A stretch of 64,000 bases of DNA from Mytilus edulis (Eukaryota), in NCBI RefSeq assembly GCF_963676685.1, contig NC_092353.1:29698001-29762000 (forward strand), written 5' to 3'. This document shows, in pieces, positions 51,401-63,402 of this stretch. The translations under genes and the position numbers were made by a program. The notes under the pieces were generated by a model. The model saw only the letters and a list, made by a program, of their open reading frames with translations, made no database searches and was not told the origin of the DNA. Each line of letters opens with the position of its first letter. Position 1 is the first letter of the stretch.

Positions 51401-52829
51401 ACAAAACCATCTACACCTGAACCAACTAATGCATCTACTCCTGAACCTACTAGACCATCTACACCAGAGCCAACAAAACCATCAACACCAGAACCAACAA
51501 AACCATCAACACCAGAACCAACTAAATCATCTACACCTGAACCAACCAATTCATCTACACCTGAACCTACCAGACCATCAACACCAGAACCAACAAAACC
51601 ATCAACACCAGAACCAACAAGACAGTCTACACCCGAACCAACCAAGCCATCTACACCAGAACCAACGAATGCATCTACTCCTGAACCTACTAGACCGTCT
51701 ACACCTGAACCAACAACACCGAAACCAAAGAAACCCACGCCATCACCAATAAACCCAGATTACTCAAAAGAACAACCAACACCATCCCCAACACTTCCAA
51801 CATTAAGTCTGTCATCGTCTGGTCCAAAAGGTAAACAGTTTTTTGATGTTATTTCAAAGTATTGCTCTATCTTTGTGTGACATGATATCAATCACAATAC
51901 TGACAAAACAAACTATACTAAAATAACTAGATGTAACACAATATGTGCTAATAAAAAATGATTTGACATTGACATCATAGGATTCATAAGTGAAAAGAGA
52001 CAGTTTCAAAGAAAAAAATAACATATAGGAATACTAGTACAATGAAGTAAAATAAACCAAATCTGCCAATGAATGTCTGCGGTAACAATAAAAAAAAGTC
52101 TTTTCAGTGAGGACACAAAATTCTAAGGAAAATGAAACAAAACAGATTTTTCATCTGACATAATATTTCTGCAAACTAGACATTTTTCGATGTATATGAA
52201 CATCTACGGTAATAATAGAAAAATGTCTATCAAATTAGTGAGAACACAAAAGTACTGATAAAAGAGGACAGAAAACACTCACTTGTCAATGTGGGTGAGA
52301 AGTTATTAATCAAACGACTTTTGTCAATGTATGTTTTATATTCAAACAACAAATACATATGGTCATATTTGAATTATTTTTGTTCAGATCTTGTTGACGG
52401 TCAAACGGATAATCACTATGTTTGAATATAAACGTTCCTGTATACTTAATCTAATTTACTTGCTTCTTTACAGTATGTAGTACAAATTTTGTGGAACCTG
52501 TTCCAACGTGTTGTAAAGTGTGCGCATGTCCAGGTGCACAGGTGTTTGGACGAGTAATAAATGAACTCGGTGAACCCATTCCTAATGCTGAAATCTCGTT
52601 CTCGGGTTGTGAATGTGTACGATATTTAACAGATCCATCTGGAAATTATGAAATCCTTAACATTTGTGTTGAAGGACATGAAATGTTATATGAACATCCG
52701 GGTTATATGGCCTCAAAAGTTTTACCAGTGCCTGTAGTACCAGGTGGAAAATTCTGGAAAGCAGATAACATTCTAAGAACAAAACCGGTTGTTCCCGGAC
52801 TTAATGTAACACAAACAGTTACTGGTTGA
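29203..52829 (+). CDS. Secreted ShKT-repeat mucin with CILP-like/carboxypeptidase-regulatory-like C-terminal domain, 16 exons, ~1401 aa
   Basis: Exons 29203-29308 (signal peptide MFSIILVLLAAVSLVNG), 30770-30880, 31854-31979, 35519-35569, 36061-36162, 36727-36837, 37174-37299, 39127-39177, 40670-40729, 41480-41590, 42033-42155, 42817-43002, 43925-44035, 44322-44441, 49476-51830, 52474-52829. All introns are GT-AG phase 1; total 4206 nt. Eight 6-Cys ShKT modules (C.D...C......C.......C...C..C). AATAAA at 53178. Confidence 0.85.
32685..35205 (-). mobile_element. 5'-truncated non-LTR retrotransposon (RTE-X-like LINE) in intron 3 of the ShKT gene
   Basis: RT ORF 33739-35097 (FRPITVISC, QAGFR, FVDFAKAFDTV, GVRQG, LYADD), frameshift ~33770, C-terminal ORF 32849-33754 with IETGRW..C..C...GDEFHY..C. 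3' AATAAA plus (GAATCTT)n tail at 32685-32712. tgtat duplicated at 32680-32684 and 35206-35210. No endonuclease present. Clade is from motif recall. Confidence 0.88.
36354..36512. mobile_element. Short MITE
   Basis: TIRs cagaggcggat / atccgccactg, with gtata on both flanks. Confidence 0.7.
38262..39002 (+). mobile_element. Non-autonomous Helentron/HINE-like element with ~400-bp internal duplication
   Basis: Starts actagaacacacccgtgatatcgcgggt (small palindrome). 38420-38575 resembles 38822-38975. Ends ..attatagat. Confidence 0.5.
45353..45417 (+). repeat. (AAT)n microsatellite
   Basis: About 21 perfect AAT units. Confidence 0.95.
45663..47048 (+). CDS. DUF1647-like (putative GT-A-related) membrane protein, single coding exon, nested in intron 14 of the ShKT-mucin gene
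   Basis: 461-aa intact ORF with TM LILGLVQFILITGTMTFFIYMV. Motifs IITAMS, LVIYDFGLS, CEIRPFPFEKF, YALKPLMI and VIWAD.YIRF match my recollection of DUF1647. Probable 5' exon ending 45227 (ATG|gtaaga), acceptor at 45628. Confidence 0.75.
   Translation: MLCLYLSILAIWKGILCIRRRRRSKKDIEIETICEKDAIENDEKPDKKKCSGKHLILGLVQFILITGTMTFFIYMVNERTEKSCGQLEIPDKWKCQFNHFFNTNHEVKVYQHFNCQSVTNKTFEENLNVIHGYASNMSDKITKVLNVRVSHSPFLNLFENKTKTKLELNSQLSKNESREEDNTQLPKLIQNEVKSFLYIIHKIGKSAHKPDYGKQPNKPASPAIITAMSDENINEGKAFLKNVVRKIYPLQDIQRLVIYDFGLSKDHINYLAIRCSFCEIRPFPFEKFGNLTIHYALKPLMIGLSLEEFKTVIWADPYIRFQPVYLSNVVKSAQKYGIQAAKNYENVRITNKDVRRNVIKYLGEETCMDTFDEIQSKFLVFSRDSSAYDIVLPWIQSSVGYGEMLKGNFNQSVTSIYNPVEETILDIILNRLYNRNMSSILMDMNDYVYIDKHVIYNAISH
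47415..47635 (+). mobile_element. Retrozyme fragment with core-mutated hammerhead (47547-47594)
   Basis: gagcgtca-CTAATGA-gttgttttatagac-GAAA-tgcgcgtc-tgacgc (G5 to A). Further decayed copies at ~47160-47245 and 48755-49110. Confidence 0.65.
49990..51720 (+). repeat. Coding minisatellite, 24-bp unit (STPEPTKP) with higher-order repeats
   Basis: acaccagaaccaacaaaaccatct repeats. A 72-bp super-unit occurs ~4 times at 50166-50455, and PTNASTPE-PTRPSTPE blocks recur. Confidence 0.95.
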
Positions 52830-53641
52830 AATATATATGGACGGACAAGTTTATACGTGTAGTAAACAATTGATGTAGCGATATCTGTGATAACAAACTT
52901 AGTGAAAGTCGTTTTTTCATCTGTTTCATCATGTAGACATATTCATTTGATAATATTTCATTAGATTGAAAGTCTTTGACTTATAGAGACCTGTAGTTGT
53001 TACTATTTCCTTGTCCTATAAAGGATCGTTCTCCAATCAAAATCATACCTATGTCGTTTTTACTAAACTATACTAAAAAGACTATGGTTGACAATTACAT
53101 CTATAAAATGACACGAAAGGTTATGGAATTTAAAATGTATTCCCCTATACTTTTATCCATATTAAATTTGATCCGGTAATAAATGTCAAGTATTATTGTG
53201 GGTTAGAAGCGATTATAAAAAAAATGTCAGCAAGAGCAAACGCAAAGATAGAGGTCACATAAATGTTTGCCATTCAACTATCGTGAGTTTGTCATTCTAT
53301 TACTGTAACATGTTATGTGCAGTTGTTTGATTCCATCGAAAGTGTTATCATTATTTCCACCGAATATAACAATTAAATGTGTTTATTCTTTTCAAACATC
53401 TTGATTCAAGTTTTTAAGCAAATAACCGGCACTCTATGGAAACACATTGTGATCCTCTTCTTGTCTACATGTTTACGTATTCCATAATTCACACACACAG
53501 GAGCTTTCAATGAAAACTATCTAGCTTTTCACATTCCTCTACGTTATTGGTATCCATTTACCTCAATACTGTTTCAGTATCGGTGTCGGCTTATGGTGAA
53601 CATAATTCAATAATTTCAACAATAAGTATATCGCTATAATT

Positions 53642-54250
53642 AGTTATCAAAGGTACCAGGATTATAATTTAGTACGCCGAAAGCGCGTTTCGTTTACATA
53701 AGACTCATCAATGACGCTCATATCAAAATATTTATAAAGCCAAACAAGTACAAAGTTGAAGAGCATTGAGGATTCCAAATTCCGAAAAGTTGTGCCAAAT
53801 ACGGCTAAGGTATATTCTATGCCTGGGCTAAGAAAATCTTTAGTTTTTCGAAAAATTCAAAGATTGTAAACAGGAAATTTATATATATAAAAAAAAACCA
53901 CATAAATGATATTCATGTCAACACCGAAGTGCTGACTACTGTGCAGTAGATACCCTCGGGGACGAAACGTCCACCAGCAATGGTATCGACCAAGTGGTGT
54001 AAATAGTTATCAAAGGTACCAGGATTATAATTTAGTACGCCAGACGCGCGTTTCGTCTACATAAGACTCATCAGTGACGCTCATATCAAAATATTTATAA
54101 AGCCAAACAAGTACAAAGTTGAAGAACATTGAGAATCCAAAATTCCGAAAAGTTGTGCCAAATACGGCTAAGGTATTTTCTATGCCTGGGATAAGAAAAT
54201 CCTTAGTTTTTCGAAAAATTCAAAGTTTTGTAAACAGAAAATTTATAAAA
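53642..54250 (-). mobile_element. Tandem non-LTR retrozyme: ~1.7 copies of a 363-bp unit, one hammerhead per unit
   Basis: The unit start agttatcaaaggtacc occurs at 53642 and 54005. Hammerheads at 53674-53719 (mutated) and 54037-54082 (intact). Confidence 0.85.
54037..54082 (-). ncRNA. Intact minimal type I hammerhead ribozyme
   Basis: Minus strand GAGCGUCA-CUGAUGA-GUCU uaugu AGAC-GAAA-CGCGC-GUC^-UGGCGU. 6-bp helix I, 4-bp helix II, palindromic helix III. Predicted cleavage between 54043 and 54042. Confidence 0.9.
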
Positions 54251-55831
54251 AAAAAAAATGCAACATGATATAATTTGAAATAACTCAAACAAAAAACTAA
54301 CGACCAGGTATTTGACAAATCATAAATGGAAATCAAATATGATACATAAATTAGTATATTGACAAAATAGCTATAAAACTGAACCTGTATAAGGAGAAAG
54401 GCGGATAAACTGTATGATGTATATAAACCATGTTGAACGTACGGAAGACTACGCACTTTTTTGCCACGTGTATTGCTCTATCTGCCATTTGTATCAACAC
54501 AATCCTGCTGTTAGCCATGTGTATTGCTCTATCTGCACAATCCCTATGCACATATATCGCTTGAATTATTTTGTTAATTAATTTCAAATATAGTTAATTT
54601 GTTTATAAAAATAATTTTTTAACATAGTTTTGATAAAATCATTGGCATTTCAGTACTACACAATTTCAAAAGATTTTCAAATTCACATTTACCAAGTACA
54701 AGTGTAAAATGAACCCCTTTTATTGGTTATACACACTTTCATGAGATGGGTATGATTGCAATTAGAAAACTGTATAAATTCTATTGTTTCTGAAGTAGTC
54801 TTTAGAACACAAAAAAGAGATCCTAGTATCTATAATGAGTTTATTTATAAATTAAAGGACAAAAATGTGATCAACTACAGGTCACCATCAGGTACTGTCT
54901 TTAAAGATGAGCAAAACCCAAACATTATAATAGTAAGCTTTAAAACGCCCCAGAATGAAAAACAGATGAAACCATTAATAGTAATCAAAATCATCTGGCG
55001 GTCAATATATAGTCTTCAAAAACACATTGGTTTTACATATGTTCTCCTTTCCGGTATGTTTATTTACCGGGATCGATTCGGAGGTGCTTGTCTTATAAAG
55101 TCTATACAAACAAATGCTAGTGTTCTGTGAGAATTGCACGCAATACATACTCCCTTATCGGTTACAAAACTTGACATTAGAAAACTATATAGCAAATATT
55201 AAATCAATATCTTCAAGAATGACAAAAAAAGGGTGGACAACTGATTATTTTAGTCAAAAGGACCATAACTCTGCACAAAATCATCAGACCACAACTTGGT
55301 CTTTTACTGGTAATGATGAAACAATACGCCAAATATCAAATCAATATCGTCATGCTTGAAGGAAAAAAGTGTGAAAAACGGATTTGCTGGACTGACGTAT
55401 GGACAGACAGACGGAGTGCAAACCTAAAGTCCCCTACGACTTCGTCTGTAATAACTTGACAAAGAATTCCCCTCAATTCGGTACTAAAGACCGTCTTAAT
55501 CTAGCAATGAAGTGATGTTGGTTTTTTTGTTGCTCTATGTTGAAGTCCTCACTGTCATGCACTTTGTGGTAAATCCTTTGATTTTTATTGTGGATGTACT
55601 GATTTTGTGTAATGGATGGATACCCCACATCATTTGTTTTTTCTATGATAGAAAAATGTGTATACAATGTATAAGAAAAACGTTCCCTTTTTGAAACTAA
55701 TAGAGAGAGAGGTGATATTATTTAAATGAAATTTCTAAATCCAAGGACAATAACTCTGCACATAGTCATCAGACCTGAACAAAATTCGGAAACTATATAC
55801 CAATTATTAAATCAATATCTTCAAGAATGAC

Positions 55832-58800
55832 AACTAGAAGCTCTAAAGAGTCTGTGTCGCTCACCTTGGTCTATATACATAGTAACAAAGGACACTGATG
55901 GATTCTTGACAAAATTGTGTTTTAGTGTTGGTGATGTGTTTGTAGCTCTTACTATACTGAACACTCTTATTGCTTACAATAATCGTTATCTAAAATGAAC
56001 TAGCCCAGAAGTGACAGAGGAAAACATTTTGAAAAAAATTATTAAATTTTACAAAATTTACAAAAATTGTTAAAAATTGACTATCAAGGGCAATAACTCC
56101 TTAAGGGGTTAATTGGACACTTTAGTCATGTTGACTTATTTGTAGCTCTTTACATTATTGCTGTTTAGTTTATCTCTATCTATCATAATATTCAAGATAA
56201 TAACCAAAAGCTGCAAAATTTTCTTAAAATTACCAATTCAGGGGCAGCAACCCAACAAGTTGCCAGAATGGTCTGAAATTTTCAGAGCAGATAGATCTTG
56301 ACCTAATGAACCATTTTATCCACAGCATATTTGCTCTCAATGCTTTTGTATCAGAAACATCAGCCAAAAACTGCATTTTACCCTATGTACTATTTCTAGC
56401 CATGGCGGCCATCTTGGTTCGTGGGCGGGGTCATCGGACAAATTGTTTAAACTAGATACACTAATGATAATTGTTGACAAGTTTGGTTAAATTTGTCTTA
56501 GTAGCTTGAGGGGAGAAGATTTTTGTAAAAGATTACAAAAATTTACAAAACTAGAGGCTCTAAAGAGCCTGTGTGGCTCACCTTGGTCTATGTGAATATG
56601 AAACAAAGGACACAGATGGATTCATGACAAAATTGTGTTTTGGTGATGGTGATGTGTTTGTACATCTTACTTTACTGAACATTCTTGCTGCTTACAATTA
56701 TTTCTATCTTTAACAAACTTGGACCAGTAGTTTCAGTGGAAAATGTTAGTAAAAATTAACAAATTTTATGAAAATTGTTAAAAATTGACTATAAAGGACA
56801 ATAACTCCTAAAGAGGTCAACTGACCATTTTGGTCATGTGACTTATTTGTAAATCTTACTTTGCTGAATATTATTGCTGTTTACAGTTTATCTCTATCTA
56901 TAATAATCTTCAAGATAATGACAAAAAACAGCAAAATTTCCCTAAAATTACCAATTCAGAGGCAGCAACCTAACAACGGGTTGTCCGATCCATCTGAAAA
57001 TTCCAGAGCAGATAGATCTTGACCTGATAAACAATTTTACATGATGTCAGATTTGCTCTAAATGCTTTCGTTTTTTAGTTTTAAGCCAAAAACTACATTT
57101 TACGCCTATGTTCTATGTTTAGCCATATCAGCCATCTTGGTTGGATGGCCGGGTCATCAGAAATATTTATAAACTAGATACCCCAAAGATGATCGTGGCC
57201 AAGTTTGGATTAATTTGGCCCAGTAGTTTCAGAGGAGAAGATTTTTGTAAAAGATTAATAAGATTTACGAAAAATTGTTAAAAATTGACTGTAAAGGGCA
57301 ATAACTCCTAAAGAGGTCAACTGACCATTTTGGTCATGTGACTTATTTGTAAATCTTACTTTGCTGAATATTATTGCTGTTTAAAGTTTATCTCTATCTA
57401 TAATAATCTTCAAGATAATGACAAAAAACAGCAAAATTTCCCTAAAATTACCAATTCAGAGGCAGCAACCTAACAACAGGTTGTCCGATCCATCTGAAAA
57501 TTCCAGAGCAGATAGATCTTGACCTGATAAACAATTTTACATGATGTCAAATTTGCTCTTAATGCTTTCGTTTTTTAGTTATAAGCCAAAAACTACATTT
57601 TACTCCTATGTTCTATGTTTAGCCATATCAGCCATCTTGGTTGGATGGCCGGGTCATCAGACACATTTTTTAAACTAGATACCCCAAAGATGATCGTGGC
57701 CAAGTTTGGATTAATTTGGCCCAGTAGTTTCAGAGGAGAAGATTTTTGTAAAAGATTAATAAGATTTTCGAAAAATTGTTAAAAATTGACTATAAAGGGC
57801 AATAACTCCTAAAGAGGTCAACTGACCATTTTGGTCATGTGGCTTATTTGTAAATCTTACTTTGCTGAATATTATTGCTGTTTACAGTTCATCTCTATCT
57901 ATAATAATCTTCAAGATAATGACCAAAAACAGCAAAATTTCCCTAAAATCACCTACTCAGGGACAGCAACCCAACAACGGGTCGTTAGATTCATCTGAAA
58001 ATTACAGGGCAGATAGATCTTGACCTGATAAACAATTTTACTGATGTCAGATATGCTCTAAATGTTTTGGTTTTTGAGTTATAAGCCAAAAACTGCATTT
58101 TACCCCTATGTTGTATTTTTAGCCATGGCGGCCATCTTGGTTGGTAAACGGGGTCACCGGACACATTTTTTAAACTAAATACCCCAATAATGATTGTGGC
58201 CAAGTTTGGTTAAATTTGGCCCAGTAGTTTAAGAGGAGAAGATTTTTGTAAAAGTTATTGACAGATGACGACGACGGACGCCAAGTAATGAGAAAAGCTC
58301 ACTTGGCCCTTTGGGCCAGGTGAGATTAAAATGTTAAAAATTGACCATTTTGGTCATGTCGACTTATTTGTAGATCTTACTTTGCTGAATAAAGGCAACA
58401 GTAGCATACCGCTGTTCAAAACTCATAAATCTATGGACAAAAAACAAAATCGGGGTAACAAACTTAAACTGAGGGAAACGCATTAAATATAAGAGGAGAA
58501 CAACGACACAACATTAAAATGTAACACACACAGAAATGGACTAAGCAATAGACAAAATCCTAATAACAAATATAACATCAAAACCAAATACATGAATTTG
58601 GGATAGAAAAGTACTGTGACACGTCTTATAGTAATGTAAATTCACACTCAAATATAAGAGAAAACAAACGACACAACAGAAACACAACGTAAAAATGTCA
58701 CAAACACAGAAACGAACTATTATATAACAATGGCCATTTGAACATTATAGCTGTTTACAGTTTTGCTCTAAATGCTTTGGTTTCAGAGATATACGCCAAA

Positions 58801-59020
58801 ATCTACATTTTACTCCCGTGTTCTATTTTAAGCCATAGAGCCATATTGGTTTGTTGGCCGGGTCACCGGACACATTTTTTAAACAACATGCCCCAATGAT
58901 GATAGTGGCAAAGTTTGGTTTAATTTGGCCCAGTAGTTTCAGAGGAGAAGATTTTTGTAAAGTTAACAACAACGACAGATGACTACAGACGCCCAAGTGA
59001 TGAGAAAAGCTCACTTGGCT
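55832..59020 (+). repeat. Nested HINE/Helentron-like elements carrying a ~500-bp tandem satellite
   Basis: Left termini actaga(a/g)gctctaaagag(t/c)ctgtgt at 55833 and 56550. Unit marker aaaattgact at 56781, 57281 and 57782 (period 500-501). Right terminus with GAC repeats and palindrome ctcacttggccctttgggccaggtgag at ~58265-58325, partial at ~58975-59020. An unrelated repeat is inserted at ~58390-58738. Confidence 0.8.
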
Positions 59021-62000
59021 GTTGGTGTGGAAAACTGATTATTTTAGTGAAATTTTTAAGACCACAACTCTGTACAAAATCATCAGTCCAAAACAAAATT
59101 CAAACTTAAAAGATCTGTAACTTGTCATGATAAAACACCATACCAAATTTCAAATCAATTTCTTTAAGCATGAAGAAAAAAAGTATGGTATGGAAAACTG
59201 ATTTGCCTGACTGACAGATGGACAGACAGACAGACAGAAGGACAGAGTACAAACCTAAAGACCCCTTCAACTTAGTTGGTAGGGGACTAAAAACAATTAA
59301 AGTAAATGTTATATCCGTGTATATCTTTGTCATTTATAGTTCCAGCATCATACTGTAATTAACTTAATGTCTAGCACTACTTAAAAAGATATTATCAATT
59401 ATCAAGTATATTTCAACAAGGAAAACTATTCTGATGTAAAAATATTCGTTACTTATCATTAAAAAGAAATATATAATCAAATTTAAGCAAAACACTTTTA
59501 AGAATAGTGTAGTGACGGACAGGAAACCAACATAGTAGTGTGTGAGCTCTACTGACCACATCATTTAAGAGAGCAATATCAATGTAGTAACTATCAAAAC
59601 AAGAATGTGTCCCAAGTACACGAATGCCCCACTCACACTATCATTTTCTATCTTCAGTTGACCGTGAAATTGGGTAAAAAAAACTTTAATTTGGCATTAT
59701 GATTAGAAAGATTATATCATAGGGAACATGTGTACTAAATTTCAAGTTGATTAGACTACAACTTCATCAAAAACTACCTTGACCAAAATTTTTAACCTGA
59801 AACAGGAAAGAGGGAAGAAGGGGCAGACAAACAAACGCACAAACACGAAAACATAATGCCCCTCTACTATCGTAGGTGGGGCATAAAACCTCCCTGTAAA
59901 TAATTCTACTTCAATTGCAGACCATTTCCTTGATATCATAAAGCATAAAATGAACAAAAAGTTATAAGTTTGCTTATAATTTATTATAAAAGGTAGCATT
60001 TGAATGTACTGTACATAATCTACATATTATACATTTGTACAATTATTTACATTTCATTCATACCTACATGTACTACTGATCCTTTTCCTCCCTTCTAATC
60101 TATACAGTAAAATCTAACTTTACTTGATTTATAAATATTATGTTTAAAAATGTCAATAAATAATCTGAATAACTCTACAAAAGAACAAATTGTTAAATAT
60201 ACTTTGATATGCATTATGTGGATTGGCTGATATTTTGGAGTACTAATTTTCATAGATTGAGGAAAATTTGTATTTTCATGGTTACTTTATCTTTTGTTGT
60301 TAATAACAAAGTCTGAATATCAGCCTAAAGAAACTTCTTTTTTTGTTGAAAACACGAATCTGTGGTTCACCTAAACCTTAAAAAAACCATGAAAATTGGT
60401 TCTTCACCAATAATGAGTTCTCACTATTCAGTTAATAAATTGCTATAAACTTTGATGTTTGAGGATAATTGTGTATAAAAGAGATGTGGTATACATGCCA
60501 ATGAAACAACAACACAAATAACCAAATAAAATTAAGAGGTCATTATACTAGACAGTCTTGCAACAATTGAATAACATAGAAATAGCCCCTCAACAGCTGT
60601 GAATAAATTTAAGAGGCTATCTAAGCTATGCCAATCATTAATAATAAAATGCTAATTTTTAGGTAATATATCAACATGAAAAGAGAATGGATTGTGTTTA
60701 CAGAAAATAATAGTTAAAATTTGTTAAACATATGAAAATGTTAACATCAAAATGATCCTGTGTAAATGATTTAAATTTTAAGTTAAGGTGACCATAACTT
60801 CATCCTCATCAACAATAAACCAAACCTTTAACCTGATATAGGAAAGATGAAGGGACGAACTAATGAATAGACAGACAAACAGACAAGAAAATATCAAAAG
60901 GGGGCATATAAACTTATTATATCTCTGATTAACTTATTTCAATGTGGAAATGTTACCTCTGTATTACAGGTACACAACTGGCCAGGTTTGAAAATATGAT
61001 TGATCTAAATTTGATAAGATAATGTTTCTCAATTCATATATTCATTCACTGAAGAGTCTTCACAAATCTGCTTTAAACCTATTACCTTTTAGCAAATATT
61101 CCTACATTTCTTAAGTTTTTATAACAAATTAATAACAAGTATCTTTAACAAATGCTCATATATAATTAAACACCCCTTTTCATGTTTCCAATCGAACTAA
61201 CATACATATAAAATGTATACTTCAAACATGTATTAGTTAGTAAGGATTAAATAATTCCAAAATAATAAAAGTATATTGGTAAAATTGCAAAAATTCAAAT
61301 GACATAATTGCCAAGTTGTAATGAAAAAATCACTGATAAGATTTAACAAATAATTTGAGTAATATGAATTTGTCTTTTTGGTTTATTTGAATACACAAAA
61401 CAATTAATTAATTCTTAAATAGTAGATATTAGTTAATACGTGATGATCTACAAAAAGCTTTATGTTTTTAAAAAAAAATTGGTAATTGTGCTTTTAAATT
61501 TCTAATCAAAAGAAGACTGAACTACATTTCAATAATTTCTTATTTTCGATTTGATATTCAAAAACAATATTATGAATGTTCTATTAATTGATTCAGACAT
61601 TGATGAAAAAACACACATAATTTGCACCCTTGTATGTCTTAATACCTGAAAATGAATATCTTACAATATAATGACTAAATGCATTATCAACATCATGTAC
61701 AGAGCTATAAACGTTGTATTTAATTTTACATAGAACTTATTTCTTCTATTGCCAAAGTATATGATGTTTTTATAGAATTTGTGAAGAACATAAAAAGGAG
61801 TATGTGTATGCAAAAAAACAGGATAATGTTGCTTCCATTTTTCAAAAATACAATTTATCTTATAAAGCTTTTAAAATTCTAAAGAAAAAACAATTGTCAC
61901 TGAGTGTCTTTATAGGCAATAATATGCAAATTTTGACCTCAAAAGTGAAATATAGCTTTCGGTAAAATCAATTAATTTGATGGGACAAACTGGATTTCAC

Positions 62001-62172
62001 CAATTAATTAAAGGACTCCATTATTTTAAAATAAGTTATTTGATCATTTAACTACAAATTATTTATTTATAAATTCAATTTTATATCTTCAGGGTTGAAA
62101 GAAGATTTGCTTTACATAAAAGTCAGTTTGGTTTAAAATGACAGATGATTGGCATGAGCAATAATACTATTA

Positions 62173-62424
62173 GGCAGCAACCATTTGATTTTCTGGGGGG
62201 GGCTATGGTTTTTTTTTCTGGACAAATTTTTTTTTTCGCGACAAGTCGAAAACAATTTTTTTCTTTCAATTTTAGCATTACATATAGTGGCAGCTGAGGG
62301 TGAAACAAACAATTTTTTTTTCTCAGAATCAAAAACAAATTATTTTTTTCTCCAAAAACTGGAAACAAACTTTTTTTTCCAAAAAAAACCATAGCCCCCC
62401 CCAGAAAATCAAATGGTTGCTGCC
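62173..62424. mobile_element. PIF/Harbinger-type MITE
   Basis: About 45-bp TIRs beginning ggcagcaaccatttgattttctggggggg. TTA duplicated at 62170-62172 and 62425-62427. Confidence 0.85.
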
Positions 62425-62868
62425 TTACCATGGCATAGAATTTTAACTAAAATATGTCACCGTGATAATTTTCTTCCTACATATTGAATTAGGCTGACCA
62501 ATGTAAAATGAAATGAATTTATACATCTTCACATATAAAGCAATTTCTATACATATATTTTTTCAATGTTGCATTATACCAAGTTTTCTATACAAGTTAA
62601 AAACAAATTGAGGATAAAATAATACAATATCTAACAGTAAGCATAAACTTTTTAATCAATTTGCATGCAAACAATTATCACATTCCCATAAGAAAACATT
62701 CAGCTATACCTAGTTTACTGCAAAAAGGCTTATTTTTGTAAATATCTATAACAATCATTTGAGGGGGGAAATCACCACTACAAAAAGTGCATTTAAAAAT
62801 GTCTAATATTATTAAATCATTCGAAAATCATAGAAAGAAAATTGAAAACAACACATTTAATAATTTCA

Positions 62869-62912
62869 TGCGATGGAAGCATTTTTCTGGATTCACCTTC
62901 ATCAGAAACGCC
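62869..62912 (-). ncRNA. Degenerate hammerhead of the second family
   Basis: Minus strand gggcguuu-CUGAUGA-aggugaaucca-GAAA-aaugcuuc. The 3' arm of helix I is decayed. Confidence 0.45.
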
Positions 62913-63316
62913 CAAAGCAAAAACATTTGAAATCCAAGGATGAAATAATAACTATTACATAACCTTAACTATCCTTCTTGGTATAAATTCTATATTCAAT
63001 TAAAAGAATATTTCTTCTTACAATAAGGTGTACATAACATGGATATGAACTCATCTACTTTTAAAGCATGATTACAGAATACTGATCCTAATTATAATCA
63101 CATTTGACACTTAACTATGCACTAAATATTGACCTTACAGTTACAAAACATAAATATCACATGAAATAAACAGTAACCAAGGTAACAGATTATAAATATT
63201 TAACAATATACTAAAATCTGGACGGAAAACAACAAGCACTAACAACAAACAATTAATCACAGATAAATAGGCTGCCATAGTTTTATAAAGGATTTCTAGT
63301 CTCTTCTCCTTAGTAA

Positions 63317-63402
63317 TTATCCTCTAGTCTCTGGAGAGCGGCAACGGTTCTTCATTTGCAAGACATTCTCTCCTTGTATCATAATATCGTACATGAAAAT
63401 GA
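63317..63402 (-). CDS. Possible terminal coding exon of a gene extending beyond the window
   Basis: Acceptor tatttttcag at 63403, a locally higher-GC stretch (HFHVRYYDTRRECLANEEPLPLSRD* or IFMYDIM..RG*), then a long AT-rich 3'UTR-like region. Product and frame are unknown. Confidence 0.35.

Noticed and set aside
49759-51752. 659-aa antisense ORF (GVDGLVGS)n and the His/Gln/Asn-rich alternative-frame ORFs
   Set aside because: Shadows of the 24-bp coding repeat. Only the PTS frame has matching splice sites.
56781-58260. Regular repeats as a CRISPR-like array
   Set aside because: The units are contiguous ~500-bp tandem copies without unique spacers, in a eukaryotic context.
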